A stretch of 64,000 nucleotides of DNA from an uncultured Flavobacteriaceae bacterium (GCA_963700435.1 CAVOXM010000006.1:224683-288682), one strand, 5' to 3'. Counted from the first letter of the stretch, positions 52,957 to 63,507 are shown. A program made the numbers and translations. The notes: generated from the sequence alone by a model not told the origin.

Positions 52957-54028
52957 ATGAATATTATAGCATCAAATTGTTGTTGAAAAGACCAAATCTT
53001 CAAAGATTGGGCAGGTTGATTTTGATCATTTATCGTTTGGCAATGTATTTTCCGACCATATGCTGGTTTGCGATTATCGGAACGGTGCTTGGGAATCACC
53101 AAAAATTGTTCCTTATCAACCGATAGCGTTAGATCCCGCATCCAAGATTTTCCATTACGGACAATCTATTTTCGAAGGAATGAAGGCTTATAAGGATGAA
53201 GCTGGCAACATTTGGCTTTTTCGTCCGCTTGGACAATCATAAACGATTCAATATTTCTGCCACAAAGGATGGCCATGCCGGAATTGCCAGAAGAATTCTT
53301 TCATGGAGGGCCTCAAAACCTTGTTGCGCTTAGATGAGGCCTGGATACCCAAAAAAGAGGGCAGTTCCCTTTATATCAGGCCTTTTATGTTCGCTTCCGG
53401 CAAAGGTTTTCACGCATCACCTGCCGATGAGTACAAATTCATCATTGCCTGTGCACCTTCCGGGAGCCTATTTTTCCGGAAAGGTCAAGGTCTTGATAGA
53501 AGAGACCTATTCAAGGTCGGCCAACGGGGGTGTTGGTTATGCCAAAGCAGGAGGAAATTATGCAGGGCAGTTTTATCCCACCCAATTGGCGATCCAAAAA
53601 GGCTACAATCAGGTGATCTGGACCGATGACAATACCCATGAATATATCGAGGAAGCCGGTGCCATGAACATCTTTGTGCGCATCAAGGATACGTTGATTA
53701 CCGGCGCCAACCAGTGACCGGATATTGGATGGAATCACCAGAAAAAGTATTTTGGACATCGCCAAAGACGAAGGAATGGAAGACCGAAGTAAGAAAAATT
53801 AACGTGACCGAAGTGGTGGAAGCTGCCAAAAAACGGTACTCTCATGGAAATGTTCGGCGCGGGCACCGCCGCGGTAATCTCCCCTATTTCAGGTTTCGGG
53901 TATCGCAACAATGATTACGAACTTCCCGAACTGGCGAACTAGCTATCGGGGCCAGACTTAAAAAAAGGATTACCGATATACAATATAACCGCACGGAAGA
54001 TCCGTTTGGATGGCGTTATAGGGTATAA
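52957..54028 (+). CDS. ilvE: Branched-chain amino acid aminotransferase (multiple frameshifts)
   Basis: FHYGQSIFEGMKAY, LYIRPF, AKAGGNYA, EEAGAMNIF, ILDGITR and GAGTAAVISP across frames. Confidence 0.92.
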
Positions 54029-54047
54029 TAATCAAAGATTTAAAAAT

Positions 54048-54074
54048 AAAAAAGGGGCCTTGGGCCCCTTTTTA
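54048..54074. terminator. Bidirectional terminator
   Basis: aaaaaggggcc-ttg-ggcccctttt between convergent genes. Confidence 0.88.
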
Positions 54075-54460
54075 TTTATCCAAAACACTTTGAATGTTCG
54101 GCTTTACATAATTAGGCCCTTTAAGAACCTTGCCGTCTTCCCGGTAAATGGGTTTGCCATCATTCCCCAATTTGCTCATGTTACTTCGTTGTATTTCTTC
54201 AAAAACGGCTTCTATCTTATGTTGCATTCCGTGCTCCAAGATGGTGCCACAGAGAATATAGAGCATGTCTCCCAAGCGCATCGGCAACCTCTATGATGTC
54301 GTTGTTGTTGGCCGCTTCCAAATATTCCCTATTTTCTTCGGCCATCAGATCGTAACGTAGTTGGTTCTTTTCCGACACTTAAATCGGCACGCATGGTTTC
54401 GGATACCCCGAGCCCAAATGACATATGGAATAATTCAACGGCAGATATCTTACTTTTCAT
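54072..54460 (-). CDS. MazG-like nucleoside-triphosphate pyrophosphohydrolase (frameshifted)
   Basis: LMAEENREYLEAA, LGDMLYILCG, EIQRSNMSK, YREDGKVLKG. Confidence 0.88.
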
Positions 54461-54503
54461 CGGAAGGGATATTTAAATTAAGTTTTGCACAAAAATAAAA
54501 AAT

Positions 54504-54693
54504 ATGTTCAGCAAAGGACAACTGGTATTTCGCAGTTCTTTTTGTTATCTATCTTCACAGCGATTGTCGCTTATACCTATATTAAGGATAAAAACCTGCA
54601 TCGCCGAAACTATAGCGGTGTTAAATGGGTGGTATTTTTTTCGCGGCATTCATAATTATCCTTTTCTGTATTAAATTTTTGATCAAAAATTAA
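54504..54693 (+). CDS. Small two-TM hypothetical protein (frameshifted, absent from the ORF track)
   Basis: MFSKGQLVF...AYTYIKDKNLHRRNYSGVKW...IKFLIKN assembled across frames; A-rich leader. Confidence 0.55.
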
Positions 54694-54807
54694 CACAAAA
54701 TTTATCTTTACCACAAAAATTAAAGTTTTGACAACATTATTTTAAAATAGCCCGTATATCATAACAATTAACGTAATTTTGCGTTATTCATCCAAAGGGG
54801 GCTAGAA

Positions 54808-54988
54808 ATGTTGACTTTTTTTTCCATACTTTTTATTTTGATCGGCATAAATGCGGTAATAATGTTCTTCTCACTCAACAGCTTCGATTCGAAGGAACGC
54901 AGCAACCAGAACACCGTATCGCTCGCCCGATGACTCCAAAATCTATCCGATAGATTTACTTCCTTCAAAATACAAAAAGGCGATCTAA
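54808..54988 (+). CDS. Small membrane protein D, paralog of peptides A-C (probable frameshift near 54925)
   Basis: MLTFFSILFILIGINAVIMFFSLNS..., with shifted tail SKIYPIDLLPSKYKKAI-stop; promoter TAATTTTG at 54774-81. Confidence 0.7.
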
Positions 54989-55100
54989 TTTTATACCTTC
55001 GTGGGTATGATGGTCGCACGGTAGTTTGAGGATAGCTCAAGACCCTTTCCCTTTTATTATAACGGGCAGGCCAGGTATTGCTTTCTGTTTATCTTTTAAA

Positions 55101-55472
55101 ATGAAACAGTTTTTACTTGTTTTTTTGGGAGGTGGATTCGGCACTTTAGTCCGATATTTGATTTCAAAAAGCCTTAACGGCTATTTCCAACACTTTTTTT
55201 TAGGGACTTTTTTGGTGAATATTACGGGCTGTTTGTTGATCGGGCTTTTATTTGGCCTGTCCTTAAAGGGCCAATGGATGACCCAAAACCAAACCTTGCT
55301 CCTCACTACGGGTTTTTGCGGTGGATTTACCACTTTTTCCGCCTTTGCCCTTGAAAATCATTCCTTGCTCCGATCTGGAGAGTTGTTTTATTTTACTTTC
55401 TATACCCTATTGAGTATTGCAATCGGGGTGGCGGCTGTGGCCATGGGCATTTGGCTGGCCAGATCGCTGTAG
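55101..55472 (+). CDS. crcB: Fluoride efflux channel FluC/CrcB
   Basis: GGGFGTLVRY, GTFLVNITG, TGFCGGFTTFSAF. Confidence 0.96.
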   Translation: MKQFLLVFLGGGFGTLVRYLISKSLNGYFQHFFLGTFLVNITGCLLIGLLFGLSLKGQWMTQNQTLLLTTGFCGGFTTFSAFALENHSLLRSGELFYFTFYTLLSIAIGVAAVAMGIWLARSL

Positions 55473-55640
55473 GTAGTTCTTCGCTTTAATTCACATTCTT
55501 TTACAAAATTTATAGTAGTATCCCTACATTATTGGCAATATGTTAAAAAAAATGACATAACCGTTCATTTTTTTAAGAATTTCATATTTCTGGCTGTTAA
55601 CATTTCGTTAATTAAATAATAAATCAAAGTTTTAATTTAC

Positions 55641-55738
55641 ATACCCCTAAAATTGTGGGGGTATAATTATCATAACCGTAAAAATAATGATAGACCCCCT
55701 CAATTTTATAGGGGGTTAATTTATTTAAAATATATTTG
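55641..55738 (+). promoter_or_regulatory. Two palindromic operators and the -7 promoter of the P-II/amt operon
   Basis: ATACCCC-N10-GGGGTAT (55641-64), ACCCCCT-N9-AGGGGGT (55694-716), TATATTTG (55731-38). Confidence 0.6.
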
Positions 55739-55762
55739 CTGCCGTAATCAAAAATCTAACAA

Positions 55763-56101
55763 ATGAAAAAAATCGAGGCGATTATCAGAAAATCCAAGTT
55801 TGATGAGGTCAAAAAGGCTTTGCATCAAATTGAGGTCAACTTCTTCAGTTACTGGGACGTAACGGGGGTTGGAAACGAAAAACAAGGCCATGTTTACCGC
55901 GGCATCTCCTATAGTACTTCGGACATTCAACGAAGATACTTGTCTATCGTGGTTTCGGACGAATTCGAGGAGCGCACCGTGAATGCGATCCTTGAGGCTG
56001 CCTATACCGGAAACGTGGGAGACGGCAAAATATTTGTCTCAGATATGATCGAAGCATACAGGATAAGGACCAAGGAAAGCGGCCACGCCGGCATCAACTA
56101 A
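55763..56101 (+). CDS. P-II family nitrogen regulator (GlnB/GlnK)
   Basis: MKKIEAIIR, YRG..Y T-loop, TGNVGDGKIFV, RIRT. Confidence 0.96.
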   Translation: MKKIEAIIRKSKFDEVKKALHQIEVNFFSYWDVTGVGNEKQGHVYRGISYSTSDIQRRYLSIVVSDEFEERTVNAILEAAYTGNVGDGKIFVSDMIEAYRIRTKESGHAGIN

Positions 56102-56128
56102 ATTATAAACTAACTAACGACAATAATT

Positions 56129-57373
56129 ATGGACGCAGGATTATTTACAGCTAACAATGTTTGGATGATGATTTGTACCGCTTTGGTATTCTTCATGCAT
56201 TTGGGCTTTTCCTTTTTGGAAATCGGCCTTACCCGACAAAAAAACACGATCAACATATTATTTAAGAATGTATTTATTATTTGTATCGGGCTACTGCTTT
56301 ATTACATCGGTGGCTTTAACTTAATGTACCCCGGGGATTTTAATGGTGTTCTTGGTTTTGCCGGATTCGGACTTGATCCGGGCGAAAATGGCATGACCCC
56401 CGATTACGCAAGTGGTGGTTATACCTATTGGACCGACTTTTTGTTCCAGGCGATGTTCGCCGCAACGGCAGCAACCATCGTTTCCGGAGCAGTTGCCGAA
56501 CGCATCAAGATCGGGCCCTTCATGATATTCACCATCATTTACGTAGGATTGGTCTATCCAATTGTCGGTTCTTGGCAATGGGGAGGCGGATTCCTTTCAT
56601 CACTTGGGGGTGACGAAGGCGGGTTCCACGATTTCGCCGGTTCAACACTGGTACACTCTGTTGGAGGCTGGGCGGCCTTGATCGCCATATACCTTCTGGG
56701 ACCACGAATCGGGAAATTCACCGAGGAGGGTAAAGCACAGGCCATCCCAGGACACAACATTCCTCTGGCCACAGGTGGGGTACTTATCCTCTGGTTGGGC
56801 TGGTTCGGATTCAACGGCGGTTCCGTATTGTCCGCAGATCCCGCAGTTACATCCCTCGTGCTCGTTACCACATCCTTGGCCGCAGCGGCCGGCGGTATTG
56901 GCGCCTTTATATTCTCTTCCATATTGTACAAAAATTATGACCTCACCATGTTCCTCAACGGTATCTTGGGGGGATTGGTAGGAATAACCGCGGGCGCGGA
57001 TTTGATGTCCCCTTTTGAATCGATTTTGATCGGATTGTTGGCAGGCATCATTGTGGTACTCGGGGTTGCATTGATCGATAGATTGAAATTGGACGATCCT
57101 GTAGGTGCCGTTGCGGTTCACTTGATATGCGGTATTTGGGGCACCCTTGCCGTAGGCATCTTAGGGGCCAAAGCCGGTGGAGATCAATTTTTATTCCAGT
57201 TGGCTGGTGTTGGGGCCGCAGCTACCTTCTGTTCGCTGACTGCCTTCATCATCATCATGACTTTGAAAAAGACAATAGGAATTAGGGTTTCCAAGGAAGA
57301 AGAGGTTGAAGGACTCGATATTCACGAACATGGTATGGACGCCTATCCCGATTTTATGAACGAACGACCCTAA
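56129..57373 (+). CDS. amt: Ammonium transporter
   Basis: FQAMFAAT, SGAVAER, DFAGSTLVH, GWFGFNGGS, DDPVGAVAVH (twin His), GLDIHEHG. Confidence 0.97.
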   Translation: MDAGLFTANNVWMMICTALVFFMHLGFSFLEIGLTRQKNTINILFKNVFIICIGLLLYYIGGFNLMYPGDFNGVLGFAGFGLDPGENGMTPDYASGGYTYWTDFLFQAMFAATAATIVSGAVAERIKIGPFMIFTIIYVGLVYPIVGSWQWGGGFLSSLGGDEGGFHDFAGSTLVHSVGGWAALIAIYLLGPRIGKFTEEGKAQAIPGHNIPLATGGVLILWLGWFGFNGGSVLSADPAVTSLVLVTTSLAAAAGGIGAFIFSSILYKNYDLTMFLNGILGGLVGITAGADLMSPFESILIGLLAGIIVVLGVALIDRLKLDDPVGAVAVHLICGIWGTLAVGILGAKAGGDQFLFQLAGVGAAATFCSLTAFIIIMTLKKTIGIRVSKEEEVEGLDIHEHGMDAYPDFMNERP

Positions 57374-57477
57374 AAGCAAACGGAGCGTTCTGCAAAACGC
57401 TCCGTTACCTTGCTTTTCAAAAATTCATTTCAAACAATTCAAACCCTCCCCCATAGGGGACATTTAAATCTAAACTT

Positions 57478-58551
57478 ATGAAAGCATTTAGCAATACAAA
57501 TTACAAAAAAATTCTATTACCGGTGGCATTTATGCTATTCACCGGGGCCACTTTTGCCCAAGAGGAAGAAGAGGACACCACGCCGAAATTTTCACTGAGT
57601 GGAAGTGTTGATGCCTATTACAGGGCCAATTTGAATTCGGCAAACTCCGGCGAAAACTATTCGGCACCGGGAAGTTCGTTTGCCAACCTACCGGGTTTCG
57701 CTTTGGGCATGGCCAACGTCATCGCCAAATATGAAGGCGAAAAAGTGGGCTTTGTTGCCGATCTGGTTTTCGGACCCAGGGGTACCGATGCCGTATTTGC
57801 ATCACCCATGTACTCGAACACGGGCGACATCATCAACCAACTCTATGTGTACTGGAACGTCAGCGACAAAGTGAAGCTGACCTTTGGAAATTTCAATACG
57901 TTCTTGGGTTATGAGGTCATTTCCCCTGTGGCCAATTTCAACTACAGTACGTCTTATCTGTTCTCCTACGGTCCGTTTAGCCATACCGGTCTAAGGGCCG
58001 ATTTTGATCTGGGCAATGACTTTACCGCCATGCTGGCCGTAATGAACCCTACCGATCTTACCGAGTTCAACACCGAAGGCCTCTATACCTATGGGGCACA
58101 ATTGGGATATAGCGGGCAGTTCCTGAATTTGATTTATGGCAAACAGGGGCTCGGATTGGAAAATCTGTTCCAAATCGACTATACCGGCGGGTTCGATGTG
58201 ACCGATACTTTCTTCCTTGGCCTTAACGCATCCTATCAGGATACGGACGGTTCGGGCTTCACCGGAGTGGCCGTTTACCCACAATTGACCACTTCCGACA
58301 ATTTTGCGATCGGACTCAGGGGCGAATATTTTGCCGAAAATGGTTTCTTTGGCGCCTTGGGGGCCACCGACGCGGACGGAGATGCCAGCGTCATCGCGAT
58401 CACCTTGACGGGAAGTGCCACCATCGGCGATCTGATCATCAAACCGGAATTAAGATTGGACAGTGGATCTGAGGATTTCTTCACCAATGCCGACGGCGAA
58501 CCTTTGGGAAGCCTATCGAGCTTCGTATTGGCAGCGATCTACTCCTTTTAA
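57478..58551 (+). CDS. Outer-membrane porin-like beta-barrel (BBP2/DUF1597-like)
   Basis: Signal peptide; SGSVDAYY, GNFNTFLGYEVI..NFNYSTSYLF..GPF.HTG; terminal YSF. Confidence 0.85.
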   Translation: MKAFSNTNYKKILLPVAFMLFTGATFAQEEEEDTTPKFSLSGSVDAYYRANLNSANSGENYSAPGSSFANLPGFALGMANVIAKYEGEKVGFVADLVFGPRGTDAVFASPMYSNTGDIINQLYVYWNVSDKVKLTFGNFNTFLGYEVISPVANFNYSTSYLFSYGPFSHTGLRADFDLGNDFTAMLAVMNPTDLTEFNTEGLYTYGAQLGYSGQFLNLIYGKQGLGLENLFQIDYTGGFDVTDTFFLGLNASYQDTDGSGFTGVAVYPQLTTSDNFAIGLRGEYFAENGFFGALGATDADGDASVIAITLTGSATIGDLIIKPELRLDSGSEDFFTNADGEPLGSLSSFVLAAIYSF

Positions 58552-58592
58552 AAATGAAGTTAATTGGTTGATTGTTATAGTTTGATTTACTT

Positions 58593-58624
58593 TAAAACCC
58601 CGGCCCTTTGGTCGGGGTTTTTTA
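58593..58624. terminator. Bidirectional terminator
   Basis: aaaaccccggcc-cttt-ggtcggggtttttt. Confidence 0.88.
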
Positions 58625-59272
58625 TTCCTTCCCTTGCTTAAATGATTTTACCCCGGCAAAAATGGGAATTTGCAAGGCATTCACACTTGGCACGATCGGA
58701 CAGGAATATTTCTTGTTGTAGGCACAATAGGGGTTATAGGCCCTGTTGAAATCGATAAGGATGGAATCGCCCTTGGGAATCCTTAAATCGAGATATCGAC
58801 CGCCCGCATAGGTTTGGGATCCATTGGTGGCATCGGTAAAGGGCAGGAACAAATAATCTTCAAAACCCTCTTGGAGCATCAATTCCTTGTTTTGGTAAAT
58901 TTCCAACCGGTGCGATTCCCCGTCCAAAGAAAAATGTGCGATGCCATAGACCACTTCTGTAGATTTTCGATCCGTGGTGGTGGGCATCAAAAAGGGCAAG
59001 GCTTCCGGCGTACGCACCAATTTGGCCCATACGATATAGGAAGTATCTGGATCGAAAAAGTCCAATTTCACAAAATCCTTGCGATACCGATCGGGCAAAG
59101 GCGATGTTTCAGGTTCTTTGAACGAAGCGTTGAGTCTTTGTTGGAAGTCCAGGACATCCTCAACGCCGGCGGACATGTTCAGGACAGGCTGCTTTTCCTG
59201 CAGATCGTGGTATTTTTTCTTTTGACCGCATCCCATACAGATCAATAGGAACATTAGCAGTGGAAATCGCAT
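58622..59272 (-). CDS. DUF1684 domain lipoprotein
   Basis: LFLPFTDATNG..TYAGGRYLD and DFNRAYNPYCAYN..YSCP. Confidence 0.92.
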   Translation of the reverse strand: MRFPLLMFLLICMGCGQKKKYHDLQEKQPVLNMSAGVEDVLDFQQRLNASFKEPETSPLPDRYRKDFVKLDFFDPDTSYIVWAKLVRTPEALPFLMPTTTDRKSTEVVYGIAHFSLDGESHRLEIYQNKELMLQEGFEDYLFLPFTDATNGSQTYAGGRYLDLRIPKGDSILIDFNRAYNPYCAYNKKYSCPIVPSVNALQIPIFAGVKSFKQGKE

Positions 59273-59483
59273 CAGCATTTGTTTGGAATGTAAAAATACG
59301 ACATAATCCATTTTTAGCTAGTTTTGAATGCTCGCAACCATAAAATCGCTTTAAAGCCAATGCATCCCATCCGGGCCATCTGGCGACCAACCGCTCCATG
59401 ATTTCGCTTAAAAAAATGAAAAGCCTTGAATCTGGACCACCCCAATGGGCCAAGCCAAGGGTATGCTACAGCCGATCTGATTG

Positions 59484-60720
59484 ATGAAAAAACTGTACCT
59501 ATCGTATATGAATTCCTTCCAGGGCCTCTCCAAAGAAGTCTGGTGGCTGGCCTTAATCACCTTGATCAATAGGGCAGGTACCATGGTAGTGCCGTTCCTA
59601 TCGCTTTACCTTACCCAAAATATGGGCTTTACCCTTGAAAATGTGGGCAGTATCATGACCAGTTTTGGTTTGGGCTCATTGTTGGGCGCCTGGCTGGGCG
59701 GGAAACTCACCGATATTTTGGGGTATTACCGCATTATGCTCATCAGCCTCATCGGTTCGGGGTTTCTCTTTGTCGCAATACAGTTTTTGGAAGGTTTTTG
59801 GCCATTGTGCATCGGTATTTTTGTTTTGATGACCGTTGCCGATGCCTTTCGACCTGCGGCTTTTGTGGCTTTGAGCGCCTATAGCAAACCGGAAAACAAG
59901 ACCAGATCGGTGACCTTGATCAGGCTGGCCATCAATTTGGGTTTTTCTGCGGGACCGGCCTTGGGCGGACTTATTATCGCCACCGTGGGTTACGGCGGCC
60001 TGTTCTGGATCGACGGTACCACCTGTTCCTGGCGGGACTTGATGTTGCTCTTACATTTTGCATCCAAAAAAGACCAAAGTATCGGACGCCATTGGTCAAT
60101 TATGTCCGAAATCGGCCTACGCCGACCGCAAGTACCTTTTGTTTATCGGCAGTATGGTTTTGTTCGGATTTGCTTTCGTGCAGTATTTTTCCACCGTACC
60201 ACTTATACTACAACGAAGCGCATGACTTGAGCGAGTTTCAAATCGGGTTGCTTCTCGCCTTAAACGGTTTTACCATATTCCTTCTCGAAATGCCTTTGAT
60301 CAAGTTTATGGAAGGTCGTTCGGGGTCTAAAATTGGCTATGTGATGATCGGCTTCGGGCTTCTGGCATTCAGTTTCCTGATCCTGAACCTTTCCTCCTGG
60401 ACCGGTGTGTTGGTCATTGGCATGTTGTTGATGACTTTCGGGGAAATGGTCGCATTCCCTTTTTCGAACGCCTTTGCCATGGATCGCGCCAGAAGGGGCA
60501 ATCAGGGAGAGTATATGGCACTTTACAGTATTGCCTTCTCCATTTCCCATATTTTTGGGCATAATTCGGGCATGCGGTCAATTGCCTATTTTGGTTACGA
60601 ACTTACGTGGTACGCCATAGCTTGGTATGTCTATTGGGTATTTTGTTACTTTTATGGCTGAAGAGAAAACCTTAAAAAAACACATGAAAACATTATCATC
60701 GCTTTGTCGTTTGTCATGGT
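59484..60720 (+). CDS. MFS transporter (frameshifted; end approximate)
   Basis: LINRAGTMVVPFLSLYL, GGKLTD, RLAINLGFSAGP, TFGEMVAFP, QGEYMALY. Confidence 0.85.
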
Positions 60721-61420
60721 CACTTGGGCATGTAGTCCCAAAAAGGAAGATCCGAAGGCAACGCACCAAAAAAAAGACCTGCGGATGCCAATGCCGCCGA
60801 ACCTTTACAACGTGGGGTTTTTGATTATGAATGGTACCTATAACACGGAATTTACGGCGCCTTATGACATTTTTCAGCATACCAGTTCCGCGATAACATC
60901 AAGGCCATGAATACTTTCACTGTGGCGAACACCTTAGAGCCGGTTACCACCTTTGAAGGGCTGCGCATCTTGCCCGATTACGACTATACCCAAGAGGGCC
61001 TTCCGACGATAGACATATTGGTGGTGCCCAGCGCCGAACATCATCTAGACACCGATCTCGAGGATGCCCAACTATTGGAATTTGTCCAGAAGGTAGATGC
61101 GAAAGGCACTTTTCGTCACCAGCCATTGCGACGGTGCATTTGTCTTGGCAAAGGCCGGATTGCTCGATAAGGTAGTGTCGACCACCTTTCCCAGCGATAT
61201 TGAAAAATATAGAAAAATGTTTCCGCAATTAAGGGTAAAAGACAGTGTATTGTTCGTCCATGACGGAAAATATATCACCTCCGCGGGAGGTGCCAAGAGC
61301 TTCGAGGCGGCCCTTTATCTTTGTGAGCGTTTATATGGGGCAGCCGTTGCACGATCGATTGCAAAAGGACTCGTCATCGACTGGAACCTCCAAGAAGTGC
61401 CCTGTCTTATTCCTCAATGA
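60684..61420 (+). CDS. DJ-1/PfpI family lipoprotein (frameshifted)
   Basis: NTEFTAPYDIF, DILVVPS, SHCDGAFVLAKAGLL, YITSAG. Confidence 0.85.
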
Positions 61421-62820
61421 TATCGTAACGGGCATCCTGCAAGTACTTTTCGACTATTGCGTTAAACTCGGGGGTAATCCTCAAAAGGGCGGTGTTTTCC
61501 AAGGCATAGAGGGCCGCCTTGTCGGTGTAACCATTTTTCAAAAGCTCCTCCAAATAAAACAAAGCGGTACCATTGTCATCAAAAGCGGCGCTGTCTGGAA
61601 ATCACCTTCAAATAGTACTCATAACCCTTTGGGTCGATGATGGTCTTTAACATATAAAGGAAATTAACGGCTTCAAGGTCAATTGGGGTTTCAGTGATCA
61701 ACAGATCGATGTTGTCCTCGACGAGGGCATTGATAAAACCGCGAAGCCGTTCGCCCATTTGCCGTTCGAAAACGTTGGCACTTTTGCCATATTTGGAAAG
61801 TTCTTCCATCTGATAGTTCCACCAGCCCAGGTTATTATAATTATAAGTGAGCACATCTTCTTCCAAATAATAGGAATAATCTTCCTTGATCAACGATTCC
61901 TTGAAAAATGCACTGTTCTGAGCCCTGATCTGCCCGCGATTCAGTTTGTCCTTCTTCAAGGATTTGTTCAGGTCCTGCAACGAATCGGTGGCCCTGAACG
62001 GACGATAAATTTCCAACATTTCCTCGACAAGATAATTGGCGCGCATAGGATTTTGAGTGGCAACCAACGTGCCCACCATATCCATATTTTGCCGGTAGGT
62101 TTGCTCGATATAGGTACTGTCTTTCAAGGCACTGTCTTTTGTCATGGCAGCCAGTGTAAAAAATTCAAGGGCCCGCGACAAATATGCTGTTGTAGGCCAT
62201 AGGGCCCCTCCTTCAAAAACCAAAAGTTGGTTGGGGAATTTCATTTTACTCAAGGTTTTCCCTACCGAGAGCATTTCCGGGTAATTGTAATCCTCCATGC
62301 CCACAATACCGATAAAATGAAAGGGGTTTTTAATGTTCAAGATCTCAATATTGGTAATCGAAGCCCCACAGGAAATCACCCCTTCTACCCGCTTGATAAA
62401 TGCCGGAATCAAGGAGGCCATGCGCGCGCCACTGGAAAAACCAGCCGTATAAACCCTATCGGCCTCGATCGGCAGCAATTTTGCCACCGACTTGATCAGT
62501 CTGCCGGTAACGAGCACATTGTTGGTTATGGAAAGGGTGTCGCTCAGGTTGTTGGAAGCAGCCAGTATATAACCCTCTTCCTCAGCGGCTTCCCGAAGCA
62601 TCCCAATCGCCTGTCGCCCTTTGCCCTTCATATCAAAGACAAAGACCACGGGCCATAATTTTGAAACCTCAAATCGTTTGGGAAGATATACCGCGAAAGT
62701 CTCCGTCAAGGAATCGTTTACCACCAATGAATCGATAACGAAACCCTTTTTGAGGGTCAACTCTTGGGCCGAGACCAGAAAGAACGTCCCGAAACAGAAT
62801 ACCAATAAAAGTTGTTTCAT
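61407..62820 (-). CDS. Secreted alpha/beta-hydrolase-like protein with helical C-terminus (frameshift near 61590)
   Basis: Signal peptide, WPVVFVFD, nucleophile-elbow-like AGFSSGA; shifted tail ending DIIEE-stop. Confidence 0.75.
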
Positions 62821-62936
62821 ACGCAATTTCGATTATCAAAAATAGGGCCAAAAACCAATAAAAAAAAATTAAGCAATATTTTTAGGCGATCCCTATTGGG
62901 ATTGGGAAAAAAACCTTTGTATTCCTCCAAAACTAC

Positions 62937-63390
62937 TTATGGTTTTCTTTTTTTGATATGCGCATTGCGCACCACGTTCGATAATATAATGTGGGTTCTC
63001 GTTTCGCCATACTGAATCAGCCGATCGATAAACTTCTCAAGATGGAACTGGTCTTTGAGCACCACTTCCATCACAATGTTCTCATTGCCCGGTAATCCGA
63101 TAGCAATTGATCACCTCTTCAAAAGGGGTCACGACGGCCAAGAAAGGCTTTAACTTGCCCATAAATGCGCGAAGGGTTATTATGGCCCTGAGCTGATGTC
63201 CCGTCATTGCATGCGATACCAAGGCATGGTACCCTTCCAGTATGCCCATATCCTCCATTTTCTTGACGCGTTCTGCGACGGCAGGGGGCGTCAAGCCAAC
63301 CTTTCGGCCAATTGTCGCGAAAGATTCGCGCGCATTTTCCTGAAGGCAGGTAAGGATACTCCAGTTCAAATCATCTATCTTTACATTCAA
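62937..63390 (-). CDS. Lrp/AsnC family transcriptional regulator (frameshift near 63087)
   Basis: IDDLNWSIL..LQENAR, VGLTPPAVAERVKKME, CYRITG; continues NENIVMEV in a shifted frame. Confidence 0.92.
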
Positions 63391-63507
63391 AGTTTTATTG
63401 GTTTTTTTATTTGTTTTTAAAGGTAATATTACTAATTAACTATTTATTATAAAGATAAATTTTTAAATTCGAACGTAACTTTATAATAAATTGTTGAAAA
63501 AGAAAAG

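Noticed and set aside
54990-55100. Fluoride riboswitch upstream of crcB
   Set aside because: A GATGG is present, but I could not find the GGCGATGG..CGCC stem, the AAAC segment or the CTGATG..CT pseudoknot elements. A cmscan with the crcB model would settle it.
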